A stretch of DNA of 64,000 bases from Candidatus Krumholzibacteriota bacterium. Its GTDB lineage: Bacteria > Krumholzibacteriota > Krumholzibacteriia > JAJRXK01. Below, piece by piece: positions 8,698 to 18,343 of this stretch. Position 1 is the first letter of the stretch. Each line of letters opens with the position of its first letter. The notes under the pieces are model-generated. The model did no database searches and was not told the DNA's origin. It saw nothing but the letters and a program-made list of their open reading frames with translations. The stretch covers positions 128,001 to 192,000 of the forward strand of contig CAVSGG010000017.1 in NCBI GenBank assembly GCA_963727455.1, read 5' to 3'. A program made the position numbers and the translations under genes.

Positions 8698-10206
8698 TCA
8701 ACCGGCGGTCAGCTTCGCGTAGAGTTCTTTCGCGCGCTTCATCCCCGGATGATCCGCGTCGGCATGCCGCATCACCTGCATGTAGCGCGAGAGGTAGTTC
8801 AGCGCTTTTTCACTGTGTCCCAGCTTGTCCGAAGCCTCTGCCCCCAACAGAGTCATGAAGGGATAGTCGGGGATATCGGCTTCCAGGGCCGCTGCCTGCG
8901 CCAGGCTCTTGTCGTACTCTCCCCCCTTGTAGTAGACCCTCGCCAATACGCAGCGCCAGGAGGCCAGCTCGTGGGGCGGGAGGGGGGATGCGTCGAGTTT
9001 CTCGGCGAGAGAATCCGCCTCGTCCTCGAAGGCGCGTCCGCGCGCCTGGTCCAAGGAAGCATGGAGAAGGCCGCCGATGATCTCTCCCGTCATTTCCTGG
9101 CGGGCCTTGATGTCGCTTGGCGAGCTGTCCATCAGAGCCTTCCAGGCCGTCTCGGTGTCCTTCATCGTGCTTTCCGCCTCGTTCAGACGCTTCAGGCTGA
9201 TCAGGGAGAACGCGCGGAAGATGTTCACGTTGAGCAGCATGCTGTAGTAGGAGGGGCTGCTCTTGTCGAGACCCGCCAGAATCTCGTCCGTCATCTTCAA
9301 CACTTTCTCGAAGTTGTATCCCACTTCCTCGACCCGCAGCTTGTGCACCACCAGATAGCGCGTATTGATGCCCTGTTTCTCCATCGCGTCCTCGGCCTGC
9401 CCGAGGGTATAGCGCGCCCGCTCGATCTGTCCGGTGATCGCCAACGCAGAGGAGAGATGTACTGCGGAATGGTAGAACGACGGGCGAATCTCCAGAGCCT
9501 TCAGATACTCGCCGATTGCCTCGTCGTAGTGTCCGGCCGCCTCATACGCTTCCCCCAGCGAATCGTGAGGGTTGGGCTGATTTTCCGCGTAGTAGGCGTA
9601 ACGTCGTAGGTTCGCGATCGCGGAGGCGTAGTCGCCTTTCTGGAGATAAAGGTAGCCCAGCTGGTTGTGACACATCACCCGCGAGGGATCGATCTTGAGG
9701 GCATCCTCATAGAGTTGGATCGCGTCGTCGGAATTACCCGCTGCCCAGGCCCAGCGGGCGCGGACGAGAATGGAACGGATGTCGTCAGGGTACTTCTTGG
9801 CCATCTCCTTCAGAACCATATCCGATTTCTTGTAGTCCTTGGTCATGATGGCGTAGTGGTAGGTGATGTAGAGCTGTTCCATCTCGGTCACGTGATCGCG
9901 CAAGGAGTAGGCCTTTTCGATCGCCTTGTCGGCGCCCTCGGTGTCGTCGATGCTACGGCGGGCCATCGCCAACTCGACCCAGGCAGTGGCGAAGCTACTA
10001 TCCGCCTTCACCGCGTTTTCGAACTCGTCGGCGGCCTCCTTCCAGAAGAATTTCTCGCGACTGTCGATTCCCTTCTCGTACCAGTCGTAGGCCAGATCAC
10101 TGGAAGTGGTGACGTCGCGCTGGGGCTTGCGGTGATCGAGATAGAGCCAGGATCCCGCGGGCAGCACGACGAGAAGAAGGAAGAGAACGATCAGACGACG
10201 GTTCAT
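8698..10206 (-). CDS. Membrane-anchored tetratricopeptide repeat protein
   Basis: N-terminal TM/signal anchor followed by multiple TPR-like repeats (HNQLGYLYLQKGDYASAI; HDSLGEAYEAAGHYDEAI). Confidence 0.85.
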   Translation of the reverse strand: MNRRLIVLFLLLVVLPAGSWLYLDHRKPQRDVTTSSDLAYDWYEKGIDSREKFFWKEAADEFENAVKADSSFATAWVELAMARRSIDDTEGADKAIEKAYSLRDHVTEMEQLYITYHYAIMTKDYKKSDMVLKEMAKKYPDDIRSILVRARWAWAAGNSDDAIQLYEDALKIDPSRVMCHNQLGYLYLQKGDYASAIANLRRYAYYAENQPNPHDSLGEAYEAAGHYDEAIGEYLKALEIRPSFYHSAVHLSSALAITGQIERARYTLGQAEDAMEKQGINTRYLVVHKLRVEEVGYNFEKVLKMTDEILAGLDKSSPSYYSMLLNVNIFRAFSLISLKRLNEAESTMKDTETAWKALMDSSPSDIKARQEMTGEIIGGLLHASLDQARGRAFEDEADSLAEKLDASPLPPHELASWRCVLARVYYKGGEYDKSLAQAAALEADIPDYPFMTLLGAEASDKLGHSEKALNYLSRYMQVMRHADADHPGMKRAKELYAKLTAG

Positions 10207-10262
10207 ACGGTGCAACTCTCGGTTGTCCGCCGCGCGGCGAGAACAAAAGGAGAAAACAATGC

Positions 10263-12851
10263 TTACCCCCTAAGCTCGTTATCTACGGGCCGAAGCGCTT
10301 GCGGGTTGCGCGATTCCCGGGTCTTTTCGGCCGCATGGAGCACGATGACCGTCAGGTCATCCCCGGCGTTTTGCTCCGCCGCTGCCTGCTTGCCGCCGAT
10401 ATGGGCGAAAACCGAGCTGCGGATCTCCTGGGCCAGGGCCTCCGCCGAGGAGTTCGCGTGGCGGCAGACCACGTCCACCAGCCCTTTCGAGCCGAACTGG
10501 TTCTCCCCTTGGTCCTCGGCCTCGGTAACGCCGTCGGTGTAGAGCACAAGGGTATCGCCCTCCTCCAGCTGCACCGTACTCTCGGGATATTCCATGCCGG
10601 GGAAGGCCCCCAGAGGTGTCGCGCCATCTTCCAGCCACGCGCAGCTGCCGTCGGCCCGCCGCAGAAGGGGAGGATTGTGACCCGCGCTCGAGTACACGAT
10701 GCGGCGCCTCTCTGGCTCCAGGGCCGCGAAGAAGAGGGTGGCAAAACGATCGCTATCGGTGCTCTCGAAGAGCGAAGTATTCACCGCTTTCAGGATGGCG
10801 GCCGGGCTGGTGTGCATGGAGGAAAGAGCGCGCAGGGAAGCTTGGAGATTGCTCGCGAGCAGAGAAGCCCCCATTCCCTTTCCCGAGACGTCGCTGATGA
10901 CGAGGCTGAGACGTCCGTCGAGCAGAGAGACAAAATCGTAATAGTCGCCGCTGATCTGGCGTGAAGGCAGATTGATGGCCGCGATGTCATAGCCGGGAAT
11001 CGCTGGAACTCTCGAGGGGAGGAGCCGCTGCTGGATCGAGCGCGCCAGCGACAGTTCTTCCTCGAGCTGACGGCGTGAGATCGCTTCGTCATAGAGACGC
11101 GTGTTCTCCAGCTGCACCCCCAACTGTCCCGCCACGATCGTCAGGAGATCGAGCTCCGCGTTGTTGTAGTCCTCTTCACTGCGTTTTTGGCCCAAACACA
11201 TCGCTGCCACCAGACGATCGCCGGCCAGAGCCGGGACCACTACCTCGAAGCCGTTCTGGGTCAGTGTCCCCAGCTCGCTTTCCAGCTCCGCCCGCTGCTC
11301 GCTCGCGGTTAGGCTCGCCTCGGGCCTCAGCGGGACGTTCAATTGAGACTGGAGAACATCCAGGGTCAACGCGGAGTGCCGGCCGGTGAGATAGGTAGAA
11401 AATTCGCGCAACTGGCTCCCGCCCAGAGACTCCGGCATACTTAGCACCTCGTTACCCGCAAGCAAGATGGTGAAGGACTCGGGGTGGAAGAGGGTGGTGA
11501 TGCGGCTTCTCACCAGTTCGATCAGCGCACGGCGTTCGATGGTCCGCGGCAGGGCCAGGGCCAGCTCCTGCAGTGCGGCTTGCATGTCGTGCTTTTCGCG
11601 GAAGAAACGGCGCTCCAGAAAACTCTGAATGCGATCCCGCGCCGGAGCGAACGCGGCGGCTACGATCAGGGTGGCGATGATGGCCACGATCTGGTTGGTC
11701 TGCCCCGAGGCTTTGAGCAGGACGTTTCCCACCACGATGATGATGAGAAAATACGCCCCGACCAACAGACCGGTGAGGATGGCGTAGATCAGCGAACGCC
11801 GAATGATCACCTCGACGTCCATCAGACGGTAGCGCGCGATGGAATAGCCGAAGGAGACCGGAATGAGCACCAGCGGCACTGCTCCGAAGAGAGCGAAATC
11901 GCTGCGTCCCGTCCACGCTTCGAAGACCATGGTGAAGATCAGGTAGGGCAGAACTCCCAGGACCGTGCCCAGAGTGAGGATCTTCACTTTTTGCCTCATC
12001 TTGACGTCGGTGCTGCGCAGGTAGGTGGTGATGAGACTGCCCAGACCGATGGTGAAATAGAGTCCCAGCACCATCTGCTGGGATCCGGTGATTTGAGCAG
12101 GGCGTGAGCCATAGAACTGGTTGTAGGTGAAGCTGCCGTAGTAGAGCAGAGGAAGCAGGTAGATCAAGGGCACGATCCAGCGTCGCCGGTGCAGTACTTC
12201 ACGATATTGGGGGAAGATGAGGAAGAAGTGTAGAAAGAGCGGCGGCACCAGGAGGGAAGAGAGCGCGGCCATGTTTCGCGAGAACACCTGACTCCAGTAA
12301 TACTCGACCGTGCGTCCGCTGGAGGAAAAGAAGTAGAGCAGGAACACCACGCCGAGCAGAAAGAACACACGCGCTGGATTCTGCCAGGGGTTCTTCCAGA
12401 ACACGTAGAGTCCCACCAGGAAGAAGACGAGTCCTAACCCACAGTAGATGAGATAGGTCGTTACATCGGTGGTGCGTGTACTACCCAAACGTACCTGAAC
12501 TTCGAAGATGTCTCCGCTGCGGTTGACCATGTAGGGAATCACTTCGCCCACGCGGCGGTCACGCAACAGAACGGCAGCTTGCCTCGGAGAGAGAATGGGC
12601 TTGCGATCGATTCCCTCGATTACGTCGCCCACTTCAATGGGAAAGACCTGGCCGTCACGCATTGCCATTTGGGCCGGCCCGGCCGGCACCAGGCCCACGA
12701 TGCGGATCTCGTCCTGCCCGAGCTTCCATTCGGCGCCATCGGTGGGTTTGCGTTGGAGCGCATCGAACGCACAGAAGCCCGCGACCAGGAGGGCCAATAG
12801 TCCCACCAAGAGGTAGGCCAAGGGCGGATGTTGAGCCGTCGAATTGGGCAT
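10263..12851 (-). CDS. Membrane sensor with PDZ-like domain, multi-TM region, GAF-like region and SpoIIE/PP2C phosphatase
   Basis: AGPAQMA..IEVGDVIEGID (PDZ-like); about 9-10 TM helices; ISGDYYD, DVSGKG, SSAGHNPP, LYTDGVTE and GDDLTVI (PP2C). Confidence 0.9.
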   Translation of the reverse strand: MPNSTAQHPPLAYLLVGLLALLVAGFCAFDALQRKPTDGAEWKLGQDEIRIVGLVPAGPAQMAMRDGQVFPIEVGDVIEGIDRKPILSPRQAAVLLRDRRVGEVIPYMVNRSGDIFEVQVRLGSTRTTDVTTYLIYCGLGLVFFLVGLYVFWKNPWQNPARVFFLLGVVFLLYFFSSSGRTVEYYWSQVFSRNMAALSSLLVPPLFLHFFLIFPQYREVLHRRRWIVPLIYLLPLLYYGSFTYNQFYGSRPAQITGSQQMVLGLYFTIGLGSLITTYLRSTDVKMRQKVKILTLGTVLGVLPYLIFTMVFEAWTGRSDFALFGAVPLVLIPVSFGYSIARYRLMDVEVIIRRSLIYAILTGLLVGAYFLIIIVVGNVLLKASGQTNQIVAIIATLIVAAAFAPARDRIQSFLERRFFREKHDMQAALQELALALPRTIERRALIELVRSRITTLFHPESFTILLAGNEVLSMPESLGGSQLREFSTYLTGRHSALTLDVLQSQLNVPLRPEASLTASEQRAELESELGTLTQNGFEVVVPALAGDRLVAAMCLGQKRSEEDYNNAELDLLTIVAGQLGVQLENTRLYDEAISRRQLEEELSLARSIQQRLLPSRVPAIPGYDIAAINLPSRQISGDYYDFVSLLDGRLSLVISDVSGKGMGASLLASNLQASLRALSSMHTSPAAILKAVNTSLFESTDSDRFATLFFAALEPERRRIVYSSAGHNPPLLRRADGSCAWLEDGATPLGAFPGMEYPESTVQLEEGDTLVLYTDGVTEAEDQGENQFGSKGLVDVVCRHANSSAEALAQEIRSSVFAHIGGKQAAAEQNAGDDLTVIVLHAAEKTRESRNPQALRPVDNELRG

Positions 12852-13042
12852 GGTTGACGCGCGTTGAGTTTTGGGAACGCCGACCTGAGGTGACTATCGG
12901 CCTGTCATTCTACTCTGTAGCCGCGTTTCGCTCACCTTGATAATTGGACGCACGAGGGGCACCTCAGGTTGCCGCTCGCTCTCAGCTCGCCTAAAATCAA
13001 CGAATTCCGCCAGCCCGAGTGTAACCCGAGAGGACCAAATTC

Positions 13043-13885
13043 ATGGACAGCGCTCTCACGCCGCGATCCCTCCGCCTTTTCATTGCCAATGTACTGTGGG
13101 AAGTCTCCGAAAGCATCGCCAGCCAGTTCGGACACACAGGTCCCCTCACTTTCAAGTACGGTCGCGAAGCCATCACCAAAGTGGACCGTCAGGTTGAGGA
13201 CAAGATTGCCAAAGCCGTCCTGGCCCGCTTCCCGGGGCACCGTTTTGTGGGGGAGGAGGCCGGCGAACGCGGGGACGAGGGGGCCGAATGGAGCTGGCAG
13301 GTCGATCCCATCGACGGGACTTTGAACTACTCGGTGGGGATTCCAGTCTTTTCCAGCTCGGTGGCGGTTCTGCAGCACGGTGTACTGCAAGCAGGCGGAG
13401 TGCTCGATCCGCTCCGGCGCGAACTCTTCACCGCCGCGCGCGGGGAAGGGGCCTTCGTCAGCCGGAAGGATGGGGCAAACGAGCTGGGCGCCGAAGATCG
13501 CCTGAAGGTGAGCGAGCGCGAGCGCTTTGCCGAGGCGGTGGTGAGCACGCAGTTCGGCCGGCACTCGATGTTCGTGGACCACCCGCAGCTTCTGCAACAG
13601 ATGTTGCGCCACCCGCTCAAAACACGGCGGTTGGGCAGCATCGCCATCGAACTGGCCTGGTTGGCGGCCGGTAGGATCGACCTGCTCTTGGCCGGCAAGC
13701 GCTCACCGATCAACTTCTATGACATCGCGGCCGGAGCGATTCTGGTGGAGGAGGCCGGGGGGCGCATCACCGACGGCCGTGGCTCGGCGCTGGGCGACGA
13801 CTGCCGGGAGATCATTGCCTCCAACAGTCTTCTGCACGAGGAGCTAGTGGAGATTCTCCGTCCCTGGCTCAACGATCGGTGCTGA
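13043..13885 (+). CDS. suhB: Inositol monophosphatase family protein
   Basis: VGEE, VDPIDGTLNY, RRLGS and YDIAAG motifs. Confidence 0.88.
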   Translation: MDSALTPRSLRLFIANVLWEVSESIASQFGHTGPLTFKYGREAITKVDRQVEDKIAKAVLARFPGHRFVGEEAGERGDEGAEWSWQVDPIDGTLNYSVGIPVFSSSVAVLQHGVLQAGGVLDPLRRELFTAARGEGAFVSRKDGANELGAEDRLKVSERERFAEAVVSTQFGRHSMFVDHPQLLQQMLRHPLKTRRLGSIAIELAWLAAGRIDLLLAGKRSPINFYDIAAGAILVEEAGGRITDGRGSALGDDCREIIASNSLLHEELVEILRPWLNDRC

Positions 13886-14288
13886 GATTTTCCCGGCGAC
13901 GGCTCAAGTAGAGCACGGCTCGGGCGAGCTCCGGGTAGCGGGGACGCAGAGTGCGATGGATGGCGTGGTAGAGGACGAAGCGCCGCGAGCCCGCATCGCT
14001 CATCTGCTCGAGTTCGCGCAGGGCCCGTTGAATGGCGCCCCCCACGGGATGATCCGCGTCCTCCAAATAGCCCCAGGTATGTCCACGCAGGGTGTACGAG
14101 AGGCCGCCGCTCCCCCGCAGATAGGGGGATGCCCCCAGCTCCTTTCCCAGCTCGCTCATGCGTTGCTCGATTCGCTTGCGCAGCGTCGCATCCAGAGTCT
14201 CCTCGCCGCAGGAGGGGCAGCGCAGGGTTGAGGCCGCGAGTGCCCGGCCGCAGAGGTGGCAGAGGCCGATCGACGGATTTGCGTTCAC
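13869..14288 (-). CDS. Hypothetical protein with N-terminal zinc ribbon
   Basis: CHLCG...RCPSCG pair. Start uncertain (GTG 14288 chosen). Confidence 0.55.
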   Translation of the reverse strand: MNANPSIGLCHLCGRALAASTLRCPSCGEETLDATLRKRIEQRMSELGKELGASPYLRGSGGLSYTLRGHTWGYLEDADHPVGGAIQRALRELEQMSDAGSRRFVLYHAIHRTLRPRYPELARAVLYLSRRRENLSTDR

Positions 14289-14389
14289 TTCGCGCTGGCT
14301 CGCTTCCTCCCCGCTTGCTCGCGGGACGGGTTCGCCCCTACTTTCACAGGGCGCGGCAGATCCCCGCACGGCACTCCAGGACGGCGCCC

Positions 14390-15064
14390 ATGCCTTCAGA
14401 CCCTAGCACAGGAACTCATAGGCGAGCTATCTACGCCTGGCGCTGGGTGGGCGGCGTTCTGCTTTTTTCCCTTTTGGCGCTGCCGGCTCTCACGGCACTG
14501 CCGGTATTCTTGGCGCTGCCCGTCCTCGCCCGGCCGGCACGCGCTCAGGAGATCCAGAGCCCGCAGACCCCCTGGGTCGGTTGGGTCGGGCCATGGGCAG
14601 ACGGCATCATGGGCTTCCGCTTCGGCATGGATCCATCTTCGGTGCGCAAGGTGGCCTCCGGCAAGAAGCTGCATCCACTCACCGCGCGTTCGGGGACTCT
14701 GCGTTACGGGGGAAAGCTCGCCGGCCGCGAGGGCGAAATCGTACTGGAGTTCAGCACGCCCAAAGAGGGTCCTCAGCGAGGGGAGCTGAGCCGCATTCTC
14801 TTCAAATGGGACTCGATGAGCGGCGTCAGCTCCCACGCTACCCGGCTCTTCGAACTGCTCGACAAATTACTCGCGAAACGCTACGGCTCGCCGGTCTTCC
14901 GCCGCCAACCGGCTCTCTCCGAGATCTCCACCGGTTACAAGCAGGCGGTTCGCGTCTACCAGGGCCCGGAGATGCAGGCACGGCTCATCCTCATGGCCGC
15001 CTCGAACGATCTGCTCCGGGTGAACCTCATTCTGGTTTCGCCGCAGCTTCACCCCGGCTTCTGA
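14390..15064 (+). CDS. Hypothetical exported protein
   Basis: Hydrophobic signal ending ARA-Q, then GIMGFRFGM and LLAKRYGSP, typical of small secreted alpha/beta domains. Start uncertain. Confidence 0.6.
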   Translation: MPSDPSTGTHRRAIYAWRWVGGVLLFSLLALPALTALPVFLALPVLARPARAQEIQSPQTPWVGWVGPWADGIMGFRFGMDPSSVRKVASGKKLHPLTARSGTLRYGGKLAGREGEIVLEFSTPKEGPQRGELSRILFKWDSMSGVSSHATRLFELLDKLLAKRYGSPVFRRQPALSEISTGYKQAVRVYQGPEMQARLILMAASNDLLRVNLILVSPQLHPGF

Positions 15065-15146
15065 GGGCGCGACCGCGGCTCCCCGCTCTGGCCATTTCCC
15101 CCGTGATGCTCTAGGATGCCGCCTCGGTTTCAACGGAGGAGTGCAG

Positions 15147-16061
15147 GTGGCGAGTAAGACTCAGCTCAAGAGAAAAGGCGGCAAGGGCCGCGCGCAGAAG
15201 AAGAGCGGTTCCAAGAGCGCGCGACGCAAGGCGAACCGCGCCAAGGCCAAACGCGTCGACAGCGGCCCCAGTCTGGCGGCCAAGGCCGACAAGCACGAGC
15301 TCTACGAGCTGGCGGTGCAGGATCCCGAGCAGGACGTCGCCTTCTTGATGCAGGCCTACGAGTGCGTGCGGGGTCGCGCCCCGCGGCTCTTGCGTGAGGA
15401 CTTCTGCGGCACCGCCGCAGTTTGTGCCACCTGGGTGGCGCAAGGGGAGGAGTTCTCCGCCGAGGGTTTCGACCTCGACGAGGATACCCTGCAATGGGGA
15501 CGCGAGCGGCATCTCGCGCCTCTGGGTTCGGCTGCGCAACGCGTGACGCTGCACTGCAAGGACGTACGCGAACCGGGATTGGCCAAGCCGGACGTCACCT
15601 GCGCGCACAACTTCTCCTACCAGGTCTTTCAGACACGAGCGCTGATGCTGCAGTACTTCCAGTTCGTGCGCGACAGTTTGGCGACCGATGGCGTGTTCAT
15701 TCTCGATCTCTACGGAGGATGGGAGGCCACCGAAGAGCTCGAAGAGGATCGGCCCATCGAAGGGACCAAGGCTCTCTATGTGTGGGATCAGATACGCTAC
15801 TCACCGGTCACTGGAAGGCAGGACTGCGCGATTCACTTCCGCTTCAAGGACGGCAGCGAACTGCACAGGGCCTTTTATTACGAGTGGCGTTACTGGACCA
15901 TGCCCGAGTTGCAGGACATTCTGCAGGACGCGGGCTTTACCCGCATCGATTCCTGGTTCGAGGTGATGGACGAGGATGGCGATGGGACGGGAGTGTTCGA
16001 ACCCTCCGAGGAGGGTCTCAACTGCGAGAGCTGGTTGGGATACCTCGTGGCGTACAAGTAG
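15147..16061 (+). CDS. Class I SAM-dependent methyltransferase with basic N-terminal tail
   Basis: LREDFCGTA motif I variant, GFDLD, LATDGVFILDLYGG. GGAGGA RBS. Confidence 0.85.
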   Translation: MASKTQLKRKGGKGRAQKKSGSKSARRKANRAKAKRVDSGPSLAAKADKHELYELAVQDPEQDVAFLMQAYECVRGRAPRLLREDFCGTAAVCATWVAQGEEFSAEGFDLDEDTLQWGRERHLAPLGSAAQRVTLHCKDVREPGLAKPDVTCAHNFSYQVFQTRALMLQYFQFVRDSLATDGVFILDLYGGWEATEELEEDRPIEGTKALYVWDQIRYSPVTGRQDCAIHFRFKDGSELHRAFYYEWRYWTMPELQDILQDAGFTRIDSWFEVMDEDGDGTGVFEPSEEGLNCESWLGYLVAYK

Positions 16062-16304
16062 GGTCGGGCGCGCGTCCCGATTTTATAGCCGGCTAGAAAA
16101 TGTAAGCTGTTGTAGCGAACGCAGTTCTTGCCGGGGATTCTCGCAAAATCGCGCCATCGCAAAGCAGCGCCACAAAGCGCAGATTCCAGCGCCGCTGAGA
16201 CTTTTCCCTTCGCTGCACCGCTTTTTTGCCCTAAAGTTCGACGGCGTGTGTTCATCGCACCCCACCTTTTCGATCGAGTGATCGTATCATCAGGAGTCAC
16301 CGTA

Positions 16305-18239
16305 ATGCAGAAATCCACCCGTCTGAGAAGTGTGCTGAGCTTGACTGTCTTGCTCGCACTCGTGCTCGCGGCCGGCATGGCCCGGGCCATTCCCGACACC
16401 GATCAACGCGACAAGATCCCCGAGCAGTACAAGTGGAGAGTCACCGACATCTACCCCGATTGGGATGCCTGGGAGAAGGGCTACTCCGATCTGGAGGGCA
16501 TGATCAACGACTTCAAGAGCTTCAAGGGCACCCTGGCCGAGGGCCCGGAGTTTCTGCTCAAGTGCTACCAGCAGCAGGACAAGATGGGACAGATCGCCTA
16601 CAAGGTGTGGTCCTTCGCCAGCCTTCAGCACGATCAGGACCTGCGCGACACCAACATCGACAGCTATCGCCAGCGCGCGCAGACGCTGTTCGCCCAGTGG
16701 TCGCAAGCCACCTCTTGGTTCCAACCTGAGCTGCTGAAGATTCCCCATGAGACCATGGAGAAGTGGCTCGACGAAAACGATGACCTGGCTCTTTACCGCT
16801 TTGCGATCGAGGACTTGTACCGTCAGCAGGAGCATGTGCTCGACGAGCAGGGTGAGAAGCTGCTCGCTTACAGCTCGCAGTTCAACAGCAGTCCTTCCAA
16901 CATCTACGCCATGCTCTGTACCGCCGACGTGCAGTGGCCCACCGTCACTCTCAGCGACGGCGAGGATCTTACCGTCACCTCTGGCCAGTACTACGCGCGC
17001 ATGGAGAGTGAGCGGAAGCGCTCCGACCGCGAGTTGATCTGGCGCGCGTTCCTGGAAACTTTCAAGAAGGACATCAACACCTACACGGCCATTTACAGCG
17101 CGCTCTGCCAACGCGATTGGGGTCTAGCGCAGGCCCGCGGCTACCAGTCCACTCTGGATGCCGCTCTGGACAACAACAACATCCCGACCTCGGTAGTGGA
17201 GAACCTCATCGACGTGGCCAAGAAGGGCGCGGGCCCCTTGCAGCGCTACTACGCAGTGCGCCGCAAGCTTCTGCACGAGGACAAGGTCGCCATCTACGAT
17301 GGTTACGTCTCGCTCGTTCCGAACGAGAAGAAATATTCCTATGAGGAAGCCAAGAAGATGGTGCTCGCCTCAGTGAGGGTGCTGGGCGACGAGTACTACA
17401 ACACGATGAAGAAGGGATTCGAGAACCGTTGGATCGACGTGTACGAGAACGCGGGCAAGCGCAGCGGGGCCTATAGCTCGGGCGTGTACGGCGTGCATCC
17501 CTACATGTTGTTGAACTACACCGATGGTCTCAGTGATGTCTTCACCCTGGCACATGAGTTCGGGCACACCATGCACTCGGTTCTGGCGACAGAGCATCAG
17601 CCCTTCGTGTACAGCGACTACACCATCTTCGTGGCCGAGGTCGCTTCGACTCTGAACGAGGGCCTTCTGCTCGACTACTGGATGGCGCACACCAAGGATC
17701 CCTACGAGCGTATCAATCTGCTCCAGCACGCTATCGATCAGATCGCCCTGACCTTCTACCGGCAAACCTGTTTCGCCGACTGGGAGCTGCAGGCGCATCG
17801 CATGGTCGAAGAGGGCAAGCCGGTCACCAGCGACAACCTTAGCCAGCTCTATCTCGATCTACTGCGGCAGTATTACGGACCCGACACCGACATTGACGAA
17901 CTCTACGGAGCCACCTGGTCGCGGATTCCGCACTTCTTCCGTAGTCCCTACTACGTCTACCAGTACGCCACCTGCTTCGCTTCTTCGGCCGCACTGCTCA
18001 AGGACATCCGCAGCAAGGATCAGAAGGTGAGCAAGGCGGCGGTGAAGCGGCATCTGGCGCTGCTCTCCGCCGGGGGCAGCGATTATCCCATGAACGAGTT
18101 GAAGACGGCGGGAGTCGACCTGACTCAACGCCAGACTTTCCAGGCCGTCATCGATCAGATGGACCACCTGGTCACTTTGCTCGAACAGGAAGTCGCCAAG
18201 TTGCCGGAGAAGAAGGACGACAAGAACGGCAAGATGTAG
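16305..18239 (+). CDS. pepF: Oligoendopeptidase F (M3B) with N-terminal signal peptide
   Basis: KRSGAYS, LAHEFGHTMHS, FVAEVAST, WSRIPHFF and YYVYQYAT. AGGAG RBS. Signal MQKSTRLRSVLSLTVLLALVLAAGMARA. Confidence 0.95.
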   Translation: MQKSTRLRSVLSLTVLLALVLAAGMARAIPDTDQRDKIPEQYKWRVTDIYPDWDAWEKGYSDLEGMINDFKSFKGTLAEGPEFLLKCYQQQDKMGQIAYKVWSFASLQHDQDLRDTNIDSYRQRAQTLFAQWSQATSWFQPELLKIPHETMEKWLDENDDLALYRFAIEDLYRQQEHVLDEQGEKLLAYSSQFNSSPSNIYAMLCTADVQWPTVTLSDGEDLTVTSGQYYARMESERKRSDRELIWRAFLETFKKDINTYTAIYSALCQRDWGLAQARGYQSTLDAALDNNNIPTSVVENLIDVAKKGAGPLQRYYAVRRKLLHEDKVAIYDGYVSLVPNEKKYSYEEAKKMVLASVRVLGDEYYNTMKKGFENRWIDVYENAGKRSGAYSSGVYGVHPYMLLNYTDGLSDVFTLAHEFGHTMHSVLATEHQPFVYSDYTIFVAEVASTLNEGLLLDYWMAHTKDPYERINLLQHAIDQIALTFYRQTCFADWELQAHRMVEEGKPVTSDNLSQLYLDLLRQYYGPDTDIDELYGATWSRIPHFFRSPYYVYQYATCFASSAALLKDIRSKDQKVSKAAVKRHLALLSAGGSDYPMNELKTAGVDLTQRQTFQAVIDQMDHLVTLLEQEVAKLPEKKDDKNGKM

Positions 18240-18267
18240 CGCGGATTGCTTCAGAAGCGATCACGAA

Positions 18268-18305
18268 CGGCGCGCTGTCCGGAGGGGCGGCGCGCTGATT
18301 ATTTT
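18268..18305 (+). terminator. Intrinsic terminator between convergent pepF and glnA
   Basis: Stem CGGCGCGCTGTCC-GGAG-GGGCGGCGCGCTG (with G-U pairs) followed by ATTATTTT. Confidence 0.65.
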
Positions 18306-18343
18306 CCCTTGGAAAAGGGGAGAGAGAAGCGAAGAGTCGAAGA

